A stretch of 64,000 bases of DNA, from positions 6,828 to 70,827 of the forward strand of contig PCVY01000023.1 in assembly GCA_002787155.1 (NCBI GenBank), read 5' to 3'. Shown in pieces: positions 1-9,772 of this stretch; within the stretch, counting starts at the first letter, position 1; the number at the start of each line of letters is the position of its first letter. The notes beneath the pieces were generated by a model. It made no database searches and had not been told where the DNA came from. It worked only from the letters and a program-made list of their open reading frames with translations. The position numbers were made by a program, and so were the translations under genes. The DNA is from Candidatus Abzuiibacterium crystallinum. GTDB taxonomy: Bacteria > Omnitrophota > Omnitrophia > Omnitrophales > Abzuiibacteriaceae.

Positions 1-728
1 TCGAGAAAGCGGCGCAGGAAAAAATCATCCAATTCAGTGCCAAGGGACAAATAGGCGAGCAGCGTGCTGTGGTGGATCAAATTTTAGTGGCGGTTGGCCG
101 CACGGTCAATGTGGAAGGGTTAGCGCTTGAGAAAGTCCGTGTGGCGTACGAAACGCGCCGCGGGGTGCAGGTGAACGATTATCTGCAAACAACAAACCCG
201 GATATCTATGCGGCCGGTGATATTTGCATGAATTGGAAATTTACGCATGCGGCTGATGCAGCGGCACGTATCGTAATCCAAAATACGCTCTTTGGCGGCA
301 AAAAAAAGTTAAGCAGTCTCACAATGCCGTGGTGTACTTATACAGATCCTGAAATTGCGCATGTCGGATTGTATGAGCATGATGCGAAGCAACGGGGCAT
401 CTCCATCACCACATTCACGCGAGAACTCAAACAAGCCGACCGGGCAGTTGCGGACGGTGAAACCGACGGATTAATTAAAGTGCATGTCAAAAAAGGGACG
501 GATCAGATTTTAGGCGCCACAATGGTCGCGCGTCATGCCGGTGAAATGATCAGCGAAGTCAGTGTTGCCATGGCCGCCAAAATGGGTTTAGGTCGATTGG
601 CAGCGGTGATCCATCCTTACCCGACCCAAGCAGAGATCATCAAGCAAATTGCCGATCAATACAACCGGACCCGCCTGACACCGGTCATTAAGACCTTATT
701 TAAGAAGTGGCTGACGTGGACTCGCTAA
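1..728 (+). CDS. FAD-dependent pyridine nucleotide-disulfide oxidoreductase, class I (Lpd/MerA/Gor-like), C-terminal part; 5' end outside window
   Basis: Frame is open from nt 3 to the stop at 726-728; the listed ORF 69..728 is only the first Met. Motifs 'AAGDI' (FAD site), dimerisation-domain 'TDPEIAHVGL', C-terminal 'HPYPTQAE' (HPT-x-SE-like). Confidence 0.7.
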   Translation, partial: EKAAQEKIIQFSAKGQIGEQRAVVDQILVAVGRTVNVEGLALEKVRVAYETRRGVQVNDYLQTTNPDIYAAGDICMNWKFTHAADAAARIVIQNTLFGGKKKLSSLTMPWCTYTDPEIAHVGLYEHDAKQRGISITTFTRELKQADRAVADGETDGLIKVHVKKGTDQILGATMVARHAGEMISEVSVAMAAKMGLGRLAAVIHPYPTQAEIIKQIADQYNRTRLTPVIKTLFKKWLTWTR

Positions 729-834
729 GCGCTAAATTTCAATATCTCATTTCGAATTTCTGATTTGTTTAGGATTTTTCACCAAAGGGACGGATCGGCC
801 TTAGGCTGAAGATATTGGGATTTAGAATTTGAAA

Positions 835-1455
835 TTAGGGATATAACAACTGCTGTTTCCAGCTGCCCGCTTGACGGCTGTACAAAACACGTTCGTGCAA
901 ACGATCAGACTTGCCGTACCAAAATTCAATTCTTTCGGGGATCAACAAAAAACCAGACCAATGAGCCGGGCGGGGCACTTGCTTACCCTTGAATTTTTGC
1001 TCCACTTTTTTATATTCTGCCAACAACGTTTCGCGCGAGGTCAACGTTTTGCTTTGCTTGGATGCCCATGCGCCTAACTGGCTGCCTCTCGGCCTGGTGG
1101 CAAAATAAGCATCTGCTTCGGTGTCGCTCACACTTTCTACTTTACCTTCGGCTCGAATCTGTTGTTCCAAAGTCGGCCACCAGAAAGAAATAGCGGCGTG
1201 AGGATTTTTAAGTAATTCTGCGCCTTTGCGGCTGTTTAAATTGGTGTAAAAAACAAAACCACGCTCATCCACATGTTTTAAGAGCATCAGCCGCACGGCA
1301 GGTTTGCCTTGTTTGTCGCAGGTGGCGAGCGCCATCCCATTGGCAAGTGGTAAGCCTTTCTTTTCTGCCCGTTCGAGTGCTTTTTGGCATTCAAGAATAG
1401 GATCAAGAGTATTCATGTGTATCATCATAAATCGAAATAGAAAGAAGTCAAGCAA
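835..1455 (-). CDS. pdxH: pyridoxamine 5'-phosphate oxidase
   Basis: 206-aa ORF. Motifs 'RPRGSQLGAWASKQS' and C-terminal 'RIEFWYGKSDRLHERVLY' are typical of PdxH. The likely true start is the internal Met (MNTLDPI) at 1416, because the first 13 codons look non-native. Confidence 0.85.
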   Translation of the reverse strand: MLDFFLFRFMMIHMNTLDPILECQKALERAEKKGLPLANGMALATCDKQGKPAVRLMLLKHVDERGFVFYTNLNSRKGAELLKNPHAAISFWWPTLEQQIRAEGKVESVSDTEADAYFATRPRGSQLGAWASKQSKTLTSRETLLAEYKKVEQKFKGKQVPRPAHWSGFLLIPERIEFWYGKSDRLHERVLYSRQAGSWKQQLLYP

Positions 1456-1665
1456 CTCTACCCCTCTTTGCTAGGGTGTTGTTTCTACAGTATTTGTTAT
1501 TTGTAGAACAATATGGTTGGGTTTTTAATTAATCTTTTAGAAAAATCCGCTAAGTTGATTTTTGAAATTGACTTATCAAATTAACTTTGCTAGTCTTCAA
1601 TCCCATTGGTTTTTATGACCATCACACTACCGATTTAACGGCATCATTTCATCAGGAGGAATGAT

Positions 1666-2901
1666 ATGCACTCTATTAACACAGGCGATACTGCATGGGT
1701 CATGATTTCATCTGGGTTGGTTCTACTCATGACACCAGGACTTGCTTTTTTCTACGGTGGATTAGTCCGCCGCAAGAATTTTCTTTCCGTTTTAATGCAA
1801 TGTTTCATGATGATTTGTTTGATTACATTGCAATGGATCTTAATCGGTTATAGTTTGTCTTTCGGTCCTGATATCAAAGGATTCATTGGTAACTTAGATT
1901 GGTTTGGATTAAAAAACGTCGGTTTGGAGCCGTCTGCTCAATACGGCACAACGATTCCGCATATTGTTTTCATGATTTTTCAGGGCATGTTTGCCATCAT
2001 CACACCTGCTTTGATTTTGGGCGCTTTTGCGGAACGGATGAAATTTTCCGCCTTTTGTATTTTTTCGGTTCTTTGGGCAACTTTTGTTTACAATCCCATT
2101 TGTCATTGGGTATGGGGTGGCGGATTTCTGGGTGCGGATGGCGCGCTTGATTTTGCCGGCGGTACGGTGGTGCACATTAATGCGGGTGTCGCCGCTTTGG
2201 CGGCGGCGCTGGTACTTGGTAAGCGCAAGGGATATCCTCATAATGTTTCACCTCCGCACAACCTACCTTTTGCGGTTTTAGGTGCAGGACTTTTATGGTT
2301 TGGCTGGTTTGGTTTTAATGCGGGCAGTGCTTTGGCTGCTGATGGGATTGCGGGCAATGCTTTTGTAACGACGCATGTTTCTGCAGCAGCTGCGGGATTA
2401 ACTTGGTCAGTGCTGGATTGGAAATACAATGCCCGCCCAACGATGTTGGGTATGATCACAGGCGCCGTAGCGGGTTTGGTGGCCATTACACCTGCGGCAG
2501 GTTTTGTCGGTCCGTTGGATGCTATCTGGATCGGCGTCGGCTCGGCCATTGTTTGCTACATAGCGGTGGCTGTCATTAAAACAAAATTAGGCTACGATGA
2601 TTCATTGGATGCTTTTGGTGTGCACGGAGTTGGTGGTATATGGGGCGCCTTGGCAACCGGCTTGTGGGCTCATACGGCTGTGAATGCCAATGGTGCAGAT
2701 GGACTTTTTTACGGCAATCCGGAACTCGTGCAAATTCAATTAAAAGCAGTTATCGTCACCGTCATTTATTCTTTTGTCGTGAGCTTCGTTTTACTGAAAG
2801 CAATTGATATGGTGTTAGGTGTGCGTGTGAAAGACGAAGATGAACGTATCGGGCTTGATTTAACACAGCACCGCGAATCCAGCTACACCATGTTGGAATA
2901 A
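1666..2901 (+). CDS. amt: ammonium transporter (Amt/MEP family)
   Basis: 411 aa, multi-TM. Amt signatures 'DFAGGTVVHINAGVAALAAALVLGKR' and 'FGWFGFNAGS'. AGGAGG ribosome-binding site 7 nt upstream. Followed directly by a P-II gene. Confidence 0.9.
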   Translation: MHSINTGDTAWVMISSGLVLLMTPGLAFFYGGLVRRKNFLSVLMQCFMMICLITLQWILIGYSLSFGPDIKGFIGNLDWFGLKNVGLEPSAQYGTTIPHIVFMIFQGMFAIITPALILGAFAERMKFSAFCIFSVLWATFVYNPICHWVWGGGFLGADGALDFAGGTVVHINAGVAALAAALVLGKRKGYPHNVSPPHNLPFAVLGAGLLWFGWFGFNAGSALAADGIAGNAFVTTHVSAAAAGLTWSVLDWKYNARPTMLGMITGAVAGLVAITPAAGFVGPLDAIWIGVGSAIVCYIAVAVIKTKLGYDDSLDAFGVHGVGGIWGALATGLWAHTAVNANGADGLFYGNPELVQIQLKAVIVTVIYSFVVSFVLLKAIDMVLGVRVKDEDERIGLDLTQHRESSYTMLE

Positions 2902-2958
2902 AAAGCATGAGCAAATAATGGAATCCAAGAGTCTTTTCATCAAAGAAGGAGAATTATC

Positions 2959-3300
2959 ATGAAATATGTGATTGGCATTATTCAGCCCGATCGTTTGGAT
3001 GATGTGCTTGAGTGCTTGAACGAACGCGGCATCCATCTTGTGACGGTTACACCTGTTTTGGGGCGTGGACGGCAAAAAGGGGTTTCAGAAATCTATCGCA
3101 GCCATAAAGAAATGGGCGGCTTGCTTCGGAAAGTCAAAGTGGAAGTGGCTGTGAATGATGAATTTGTGGAACCTACGGTTGAGTGCATTGCCGGCGCCGG
3201 ACGGACGGGTAACATCGGTGACGGGAAAATTTTTATTCTCGATCTTCAAGAATGCATTCGCATTCGCACGGGTGAACGCAACGCGATCGCCATCGGTTAG
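2959..3300 (+). CDS. glnK: nitrogen regulatory protein P-II
   Basis: 113 aa. T-loop 'GRGRQKG', B-loop 'TGNIGDGKIFI', C-terminal 'IRIRTGE'. The classical amt-glnK pair. Confidence 0.85.
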   Translation: MKYVIGIIQPDRLDDVLECLNERGIHLVTVTPVLGRGRQKGVSEIYRSHKEMGGLLRKVKVEVAVNDEFVEPTVECIAGAGRTGNIGDGKIFILDLQECIRIRTGERNAIAIG

Positions 3301-3311
3301 TTTTTTTCAGG

Positions 3312-3364
3312 TCGGTCCTAAAAAGACCAGTTTTTCATCTGACTGTATCTTATTTTAGGACCGA
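3312..3364 (+). terminator. inverted repeat after the glnK stop (12-bp arms TCGGTCCTAAAA/TTTTAGGACCGA); an inner short hairpin GGTCC-N7-GACC is followed by a T-run
   Basis: Read directly from the sequence. A possible intrinsic terminator or regulatory structure between glnK and otsA. Confidence 0.35.
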
Positions 3365-3374
3365 TCCCCGCTAG

Positions 3375-3403
3375 TTGACAAACATCCTTCCCGGTATTAT
3401 GAT
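3375..3403 (+). promoter_or_regulatory. sigma70-like promoter TTGACA-N17-TATGAT upstream of otsA
   Basis: Consensus -35 hexamer at 3375-3380, a 17-nt spacer, a near-consensus -10 at 3398-3403, about 50 nt before the otsA ATG. Confidence 0.4.
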
Positions 3404-3452
3404 AAAAAACCATTTCAAAATAACTTACACCTAATTTTTATCTGTTAACCAT

Positions 3453-4937
3453 ATGTGGACAAAAGAACGCCTTCAAGAAATTATCGCTACTAAAATGTCC
3501 GACTATACACTGGTGGTTGTCTCGAATCGCCAGCCCTATAGTCATGTCTTAAAATCAGGCAAAGTAATTTGCCAAAGGCAGCCCGGCGGTTTGGTCACCG
3601 CTCTCAATCCCGTTTTACAAGCCACACAAGGTCTCTGGATCGGGGTTGGTATGAGTCCTTACGATCAGCAGGTGCTTGATGCAAGCGGTAAAGTTCGGGT
3701 ACCGCCTCAGGGTGATAATGGTTATTGGTTACGGCGGCTTTTTTTAAGTAAGGAAGACATGGACGGTTATTATTATGGTTATTCAAACGAAGGATTATGG
3801 CCGCTGGCACACATTGCTTACACACGGCCTAACTTTATCGAGTCTGATTGGCAGGCATACCAAAAAGTCAATCGCATGTTTGCGGATGCAATCTTGCAGG
3901 AAGTTGGGGACCGCAATGCCTTTGTGTGGGTTCAGGATTTTCATTTAACCTTGGTGGCTAAATATTTGCGCGAAGCCAACAAACCCAACATTGTCACATC
4001 ACTTTTTTGGCATATTCCTTGGCCCAATTCGGAAGTTTTTCGCATTTGCCCGCAAAAGAATGAAATCCTGGAAGGTTTGTTGGCTTATGATATGCTGGGT
4101 TTTCATATCCGTTACCATTGCGACAATTTTTTTGCTTCCGTAAACCGCGAACTCGAATGCCGCATTGATTACGAACGGCGTTCGGTCAGTATTCAAAATC
4201 ATGAAACCTTGGTGCGTCAATTTCCGATTTCGGTAGATGCGACGTACATTTCCCAAGAGGTGGAGCAGCCGGAGACGGTTGAAAGATGCAACCATTTGAG
4301 AGATCATTTTAACATTGGCGACCGCAAAATTATTTTAGGGATTGATCGCATTGATTACACCAAAGGCATTCCGGAAAAATTAAAAGCACTCAACCGATTC
4401 CTTGAAAAACACCCGGAGCAAAAAGGACAGTTTAGTTTCTTGCAATTGGGGCAAATCAGCCGTATTCATATTCCGCGTTACAAACAACTCAATGATGAAA
4501 TTAACGCCTTGGTAGAAGAGATTAACTGGAAACACTCTGAAGGTACCTGGCAGCCTATTATTTTAGACCGTTCCTACATTGATCAGGCCGACATCAATGC
4601 GCTTTATCGGATGTCGGATGTTTGTGTGGTGAGTTCGCTTCATGACGGCATGAATTTGGTGGCGAAAGAATTTGTGGCTTGCCGTCCCGATTTGAACGGG
4701 GTGTTGTTGCTCTCAGAGTTTACCGGTGCCGCGCGGGAATTAACGGATGCCGTTGTTTTTAATCCTTACGACACGGAATCATTTGCAGATGCTTTGCAAA
4801 TGGCTTTGACCATGCCGCTTGAAGAACAGGAACGCCGGATGCGGCGGATGCGGGAAATCGTTTTTCATAACAATATTTACCGCTGGGCAGGGAAAGTCCT
4901 TTCACAACTTTTAAAATTTGAGTTTCAAGAAATATAA
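3453..4937 (+). CDS. otsA: alpha,alpha-trehalose-phosphate synthase (GT20)
   Basis: 494 aa. Motifs '[10 protein letters not shown]', 'GGLVTAL', 'GLWIGVG', 'WPLAHI', 'VWVQDFHL', 'FWHIPWP', '[10 protein letters not shown]'. Stop overlaps the next start (TAATG). Confidence 0.8.
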   Translation: MWTKERLQEIIATKMSDYTLVVVSNRQPYSHVLKSGKVICQRQPGGLVTALNPVLQATQGLWIGVGMSPYDQQVLDASGKVRVPPQGDNGYWLRRLFLSKEDMDGYYYGYSNEGLWPLAHIAYTRPNFIESDWQAYQKVNRMFADAILQEVGDRNAFVWVQDFHLTLVAKYLREANKPNIVTSLFWHIPWPNSEVFRICPQKNEILEGLLAYDMLGFHIRYHCDNFFASVNRELECRIDYERRSVSIQNHETLVRQFPISVDATYISQEVEQPETVERCNHLRDHFNIGDRKIILGIDRIDYTKGIPEKLKALNRFLEKHPEQKGQFSFLQLGQISRIHIPRYKQLNDEINALVEEINWKHSEGTWQPIILDRSYIDQADINALYRMSDVCVVSSLHDGMNLVAKEFVACRPDLNGVLLLSEFTGAARELTDAVVFNPYDTESFADALQMALTMPLEEQERRMRRMREIVFHNNIYRWAGKVLSQLLKFEFQEI

Positions 4938-5746
4938 TGATGAAGCGTCTCAAGCATGAGTGGCAGACGCTATCCAAAAGACTTCAAACCGTTAATCTCG
5001 CCCTTTTCCTTGATTATGACGGCACGTTAACACCGATTGTTCGTCATCCGCGTCTGGCCAAACTTTCGAACCAACATCGGCAGATTTTACGCCGTTTGAA
5101 TCGTTGTCCTCATATTTGGATGGCCATTGTCAGCGGCCGAGAACTGAAGGAAGTGAAGCGTTTTGTCCGCATCCCTTCCATGACCTATGCCGGCAATCAC
5201 GGTTTCCAAGTCTCGGGACCTGGTCTACACTTGGTTCATCCGCAAGCTAAAAAAAGTGCCCGTTTATTTCAAAAATTGTTGCCGGCTTTACGCGCTGAGC
5301 TCAAAACCATTTCCGGTTTGTGGGTGGAAAACAAGCAATTAACTTTGAGCATTCACTACAGACAGGTGCGAGCCCGGGATGTTGCCAGAGCCAAACAGAC
5401 GCTCCAGAAGATTTTAAAGCCCTTTTTACGTCAAAGACGACTCAAAATGACTGAAGGAAAAAAAGTGTGGGAGCTCAGGCCGCCGGTGACATGGCATAAG
5501 GGCGAAGCCGTGAAATGGCTTTTGCGTCAAAAGCAATCCAAAAGCAAACGGCCTTGGCTGCCGATTTTTATAGGGGATGATGTGACGGATGAAGATGCTT
5601 TTAAGGCAGTGAAAGGGCATGGCATCGGGGTCAAAGTAGTATATAATTTAAAGAGAAAGCCGGTCAGGAGCCAAGCTTCCTATGGTGTCGCATCCGTACG
5701 AGAAGTATTTTGGTTTCTGCAGGTTCTACAGCAATTGAGGGGTTAA
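4937..5746 (+). CDS. otsB: trehalose-6-phosphate phosphatase (HAD family)
   Basis: 269 aa. HAD motif I 'LFLDYDGTLTP', 'IVSGRE', 'GNHG', motif IV 'IFIGDDVTDEDAF'. Translationally coupled to otsA. Confidence 0.8.
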   Translation: MMKRLKHEWQTLSKRLQTVNLALFLDYDGTLTPIVRHPRLAKLSNQHRQILRRLNRCPHIWMAIVSGRELKEVKRFVRIPSMTYAGNHGFQVSGPGLHLVHPQAKKSARLFQKLLPALRAELKTISGLWVENKQLTLSIHYRQVRARDVARAKQTLQKILKPFLRQRRLKMTEGKKVWELRPPVTWHKGEAVKWLLRQKQSKSKRPWLPIFIGDDVTDEDAFKAVKGHGIGVKVVYNLKRKPVRSQASYGVASVREVFWFLQVLQQLRG

Positions 5747-5755
5747 CAATTCTTC

Positions 5756-6433
5756 ATGGGAAGTGACAAACGGCATCGCATTGAAAAACCATTTCGCTTT
5801 TATAGCCGTGTCCACCTCCTCGAATTAACCGGTCTTAAAGTTTCTAATCTTGAAGGGCTTTTGGAGCATATCAAAACCATTGATGGCGCTTCTATTTATC
5901 ATCACACACACCATTTTCTGCAACAACACCAATTTTCCTCACCGGAACCGCCTAATGACTTTGCTTTTTGGGTGACCAAAGCTTTAAATGATAAACGTTT
6001 GGGAGAAAAGCTGGCCGCAATTAACATATGCGAATTTGGTTCCATTAATACTTTACGGCAATCGATTGTCCATACGCTTGAAACTTACCTAAAGGCACAT
6101 CCGGAGGCAGCCAATCGCAGCGTCGTGGAGGGAGATGAATTTTATTTTCTAAAATCGGTTAGTTTTGTTTTTCCGCTGCCTTATGAAGTACAGTCGCTTG
6201 AAGCTTTTGCGGAAGTCATTCGAAAGATTACGATTCATTCCATTTACTTTCACATGTTTGAAGCACGCCTCAGGATGGCGAAAGGCACCAATGACTTTTC
6301 TTACTGGCTGGAAACGGCTGCTTGGGAAGGTGAGTTGGCCAAGCAAATTGCCCGATTAGACCCTTATACGTTTACGATGGAATCACTGAGAAAAAAAATC
6401 ATCGAGTTAATCGAGAAACGAATCAACTTATGA
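5756..6433 (+). CDS. hypothetical protein (His-rich segment), embedded in the trehalose cluster
   Basis: 225-aa ORF in an operon-like position. Its 4-nt stop/start overlap with the next gene supports coding status. No motif recognised. Confidence 0.45.
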   Translation: MGSDKRHRIEKPFRFYSRVHLLELTGLKVSNLEGLLEHIKTIDGASIYHHTHHFLQQHQFSSPEPPNDFAFWVTKALNDKRLGEKLAAINICEFGSINTLRQSIVHTLETYLKAHPEAANRSVVEGDEFYFLKSVSFVFPLPYEVQSLEAFAEVIRKITIHSIYFHMFEARLRMAKGTNDFSYWLETAAWEGELAKQIARLDPYTFTMESLRKKIIELIEKRINL

Positions 6434-7662
6434 GCGTCAAAACTTTTCATTTGAAGGATTACGAAAAAATTGTCGGACATCAAGTGGTCGAAGAGCTTTA
6501 CTTGATTGGCGAAAGAACCAAAGGCTTAAAAATCCGCAATGTCAATTCCACGGCGGTGGGCGGAGGTGTGGCAGAGATTCTGACGCGCATGATTCCACTG
6601 TTAAAAGATGTCGGCGTGGATGCTTCGTGGGATGTCATTAAGGGCAACGCGCGGTTTTATCAGGCCACCAAACGATTTCATAACGCTTTACACGGCAATG
6701 CAGCCGATTTATCCGAAGAGGATTTCGATGCTTTCTTGGCAACCAGCGAGGAAAACGGCAAAGCCATGGACATGTCCGGAGACGTGCTTTTTATCCACGA
6801 TCCTCAACCAATTACTTTAATCGAACAAAAAAGCCGCCAAAAAGGCAAATGGGTTTGGCGGTGCCATGTGGATGTTTCCAATCCCGATCAACGTGTCTGG
6901 GATTTTCTAAGACGTTACATGGATCAATATGACGCCACAGTTTTCTCGGCGCCCATGTTCAGCCGCTCGCTGCCCAACCGCCAATTTTTGATTGCGCCTT
7001 CCATTGATCCGTTGGCCGAAAAGAATAAGGAACTCTCTGAGAAGACCATTCAATCCGTTTTAGATAAATACAAGCTTGATCTCTCCAAACCCATGGTGAC
7101 TCAGGTGTCGCGGTTTGATTATTTAAAAGATCCGATTGGGGTGATTGAGGCTGTTGAAATGGTGCAGCGTTATGTGGATTGCCAATTGGTTTTGGTGGGC
7201 GGGGAAGCCGCGGATGATCCTGAAAGTACCGAAGTGTTGGCAAAGGTGAGAGAGCGGGCACAGAAAAACCCTGATGTGCATGTGCTGGCCATTCCCTCGG
7301 GAAGTGATGTTGAGATTAATGCGCTTCAGCGCGCTTCCGCGGTGGTGGTTCAAAAGTCCATCAAAGAGGGTTTTGGCCTGACGGTTTCGGAGGCGCTTTG
7401 GAAGGCGAAACCGGTTGTGGCTTCGGCGGTCGGAGGCATTACACTTCAAATTACACATCAGTATTCGGGGCTCTTATGTCATAGCGTGGAAGGGGCAGCT
7501 CATCAGATTAAACAATTACTGCAAAATCCAAAATTTGCCGAAAAGCTGGGTAAAAACGGCCAAGAACATGTGAAGCAGAATTTCTTGTTAACCCGTCATC
7601 TGCGCGACTATCTGCTGTTGTTCCTTGCTTTAACCCATGACGGGGACGTAGTGCACTTGTAA
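6430..7662 (+). CDS. treT: GT4 glycosyltransferase, trehalose glycosyltransferring synthase (TreT)-like
   Basis: 410 aa. 'VNSTAVGGGVAEIL', 'FHNALHGN', 'HDPQP', 'WRCHVD', 'FLRRY', 'APSIDPLAEKN', 'TQVSRFD', 'KEGFGLTVSEALWKAKPVVASAVGGI' match the TreT/GT4 pattern as I recall it. Not database-verified. Confidence 0.65.
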   Translation: MSVKTFHLKDYEKIVGHQVVEELYLIGERTKGLKIRNVNSTAVGGGVAEILTRMIPLLKDVGVDASWDVIKGNARFYQATKRFHNALHGNAADLSEEDFDAFLATSEENGKAMDMSGDVLFIHDPQPITLIEQKSRQKGKWVWRCHVDVSNPDQRVWDFLRRYMDQYDATVFSAPMFSRSLPNRQFLIAPSIDPLAEKNKELSEKTIQSVLDKYKLDLSKPMVTQVSRFDYLKDPIGVIEAVEMVQRYVDCQLVLVGGEAADDPESTEVLAKVRERAQKNPDVHVLAIPSGSDVEINALQRASAVVVQKSIKEGFGLTVSEALWKAKPVVASAVGGITLQITHQYSGLLCHSVEGAAHQIKQLLQNPKFAEKLGKNGQEHVKQNFLLTRHLRDYLLLFLALTHDGDVVHL

Positions 7663-7688
7663 ATTATCTTGAGGAAGAGAATCATTTC

Positions 7689-9716
7689 ATGAAAAACGGT
7701 TTTCAGCAGCGGTTGACTCAATTTTTTCCGACAGAGCGCATTATTTTCCCAACCTTATTGGCTACTTTGGTCGGCATTTCTATTGGTTTTGCGGTTGTGT
7801 TTTTTATTAAAACCATTGATCTAAGTGAATATCTTTTCTTTGGAGCAGGTCGAGGAAAACTGGGTCTGTTGGGACCTTATGCGGTGGTATTTATTCCTGC
7901 TTTAGGCGGTCTTTTAGTCGGGTTATTGGTGACGTTAGGTGCCAAGCAAGCCGGCGGTCATGGTGTGCCGGAGGTGATTAAAGCCATTGCCCTTAAGGGC
8001 GGAAAAATTCCTATTTTTTCTGTTTTGATTAAACTCATTGCTTCCGCTATTTCAATTGGTTCAGGCGCGTCTGTTGGCCGTGAAGGTCCTGCGGTTCATA
8101 TCGGCTCAGGCATTGCTTCATTTACCGCACGCATTTTTAAACAAAGTGAAGCACGCATCAAAAATTACGTCGCCTGCGGTGCGGCAGCCGGTATTTCGGC
8201 CGTTTTTAACGCACCCATTACGGGTGTGATGTTTGCTTCTGAAATTGTCATTCGCGACTTTGGTGCACGCGCGCTCAGCACAGTCGTGATTGCTTCGGTG
8301 TCTGCCAGTACGATCAGCCGTATGTTTTTGGGGCACTCACCGGCATTTACCGTTCCCGTTTATAGTGTCTGGCATCCTTTGGAACTAATTCTTTATTTTA
8401 CGTTGGGTATTTTATCTGCTTTTGTATCACTGTTCATGATTAGTTCGTTGGACCGTTTGGAGCGCGGATTTGAATCTTATCAAGTGCCGGCATGGTTAAA
8501 ACCGGCCGTGGGCGGTTTTATTGTCGGGTGTATCGGGCTTTACTATCCGCAAGTGTTCGGCATGGGTTTTCATTCCATTGAAGGCATGCTAAACGGTGCT
8601 TTGGGTTCGGTCATGCTGCTTTTAGCGCTGGTTTTCATGAAAGCCGTGGCAACCAATGTTTCCATTAGTTCGGGAAGTTCAGGCGGTGTTTTTGCTCCGG
8701 CACTTTTCATCGGAGCCGCGTTAGGCGGTGTCGTGGGAAAATTGTTTTATAACCATTTACCGTTTCCCGTGGCGCCTCCCGGTGCTTATGCTTTAGTAGG
8801 CATGGCGAGTGTGTTTGCGGGCGCTTTTCATGCTCCGGTGACGGCGATTTTGCTCGTGTTTGAAATGACGGGCGACTACCGAATGATATTGCCGATCATG
8901 ATTGCGGTAGTGGCTTCGACATCCATTTCACAGTTATTCAGCCGCGACTCGATCGATACAATCAGTTTAAGGCGGAGCGGCATTGACCCTGGTTTTTTTG
9001 AAGAAGTGAAGGTGCTCGGCGCTTTGCAGGTACGGGATGCGATGACAGCTCAATTTGCCACCGTTCACCGAGACTTGCCCGGAAAGTTGCTGCTCGACAA
9101 AATGGCGAAAGAAAAAGATAAAAGTATTTTTGTTGTGAATGACCAAGAGCAATTGGTAGGACTCATCAAACCCGAAGAGGTGCAAAAAGCGCTTTTTGGG
9201 GAAGACATGACGGCGATTGTGGCAGATGACCTTATGTATCCGTTGGAGGAGCATTGTTTTGAGGATGAACCGCTTAGCGAAGTAGCGCATTTTATGATGG
9301 AACGGCACATCACGCAAATGTCCGTCATGGATTCGGTTGATCCCAAAAAAGTGGTGGGGGTCATCAAAAGCGAAGACATTTTTCATGCTTACACGGAGGT
9401 AACCGAAAAACGTTCCAGTCTCCTTAGCCGGATGGAGCACGAAAGCAGTCATGCCAGCGGGATGGTTCAGATTCGCTTTGTCATTTCACCCCGCTCGACA
9501 GTCACCGGAAAACCCATTAAAGAAATTAATTTACCGGACGGCATTGTCCTGACCTCGATCAAACGCCGGCAAGCTGTTTTAATTCCCGAAGGCAACACGA
9601 TTTTGAAAGCCCGCGACAAAATTTGGGCTGTCATGATCCCGTCTCAGGAAGAAGTATTTCGCAGTTGGCTGAAAGATGCTCAGTTAGCGCCTTTTACTTT
9701 TGATGCGGCTTATTAA
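7689..9716 (+). CDS. ClC-family chloride channel/transporter with C-terminal CBS pair and a TrkA-C-like domain
   Basis: 675 aa. 'GSGASVGREGP' (GREGP selectivity motif), 'GVFAPALFIGAALG', many TM helices, then CBS-like repeats. Confidence 0.85.
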   Translation: MKNGFQQRLTQFFPTERIIFPTLLATLVGISIGFAVVFFIKTIDLSEYLFFGAGRGKLGLLGPYAVVFIPALGGLLVGLLVTLGAKQAGGHGVPEVIKAIALKGGKIPIFSVLIKLIASAISIGSGASVGREGPAVHIGSGIASFTARIFKQSEARIKNYVACGAAAGISAVFNAPITGVMFASEIVIRDFGARALSTVVIASVSASTISRMFLGHSPAFTVPVYSVWHPLELILYFTLGILSAFVSLFMISSLDRLERGFESYQVPAWLKPAVGGFIVGCIGLYYPQVFGMGFHSIEGMLNGALGSVMLLLALVFMKAVATNVSISSGSSGGVFAPALFIGAALGGVVGKLFYNHLPFPVAPPGAYALVGMASVFAGAFHAPVTAILLVFEMTGDYRMILPIMIAVVASTSISQLFSRDSIDTISLRRSGIDPGFFEEVKVLGALQVRDAMTAQFATVHRDLPGKLLLDKMAKEKDKSIFVVNDQEQLVGLIKPEEVQKALFGEDMTAIVADDLMYPLEEHCFEDEPLSEVAHFMMERHITQMSVMDSVDPKKVVGVIKSEDIFHAYTEVTEKRSSLLSRMEHESSHASGMVQIRFVISPRSTVTGKPIKEINLPDGIVLTSIKRRQAVLIPEGNTILKARDKIWAVMIPSQEEVFRSWLKDAQLAPFTFDAAY

Positions 9717-9772
9717 CGGGAGACAATCCTGGCCTCTGAAAGTTCCACTTCACAGCAGTCGATAATTGACAT

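Noticed and set aside
871-1077. 68-aa + ORF
   Set aside because: Antisense within pdxH.
1456-1665. Possible sigma54/NtrC-type promoter upstream of amt
   Set aside because: I could not find a convincing GG-N10-GC element. Only an imperfect inverted repeat (TTGTTTCTACA..TGTAGAACAA) is present, so no specific promoter is called.
8967-9452. 161-aa and 104-aa minus-strand ORFs inside the ClC gene
   Set aside because: Fully embedded antisense to a well-supported CDS. No motifs.
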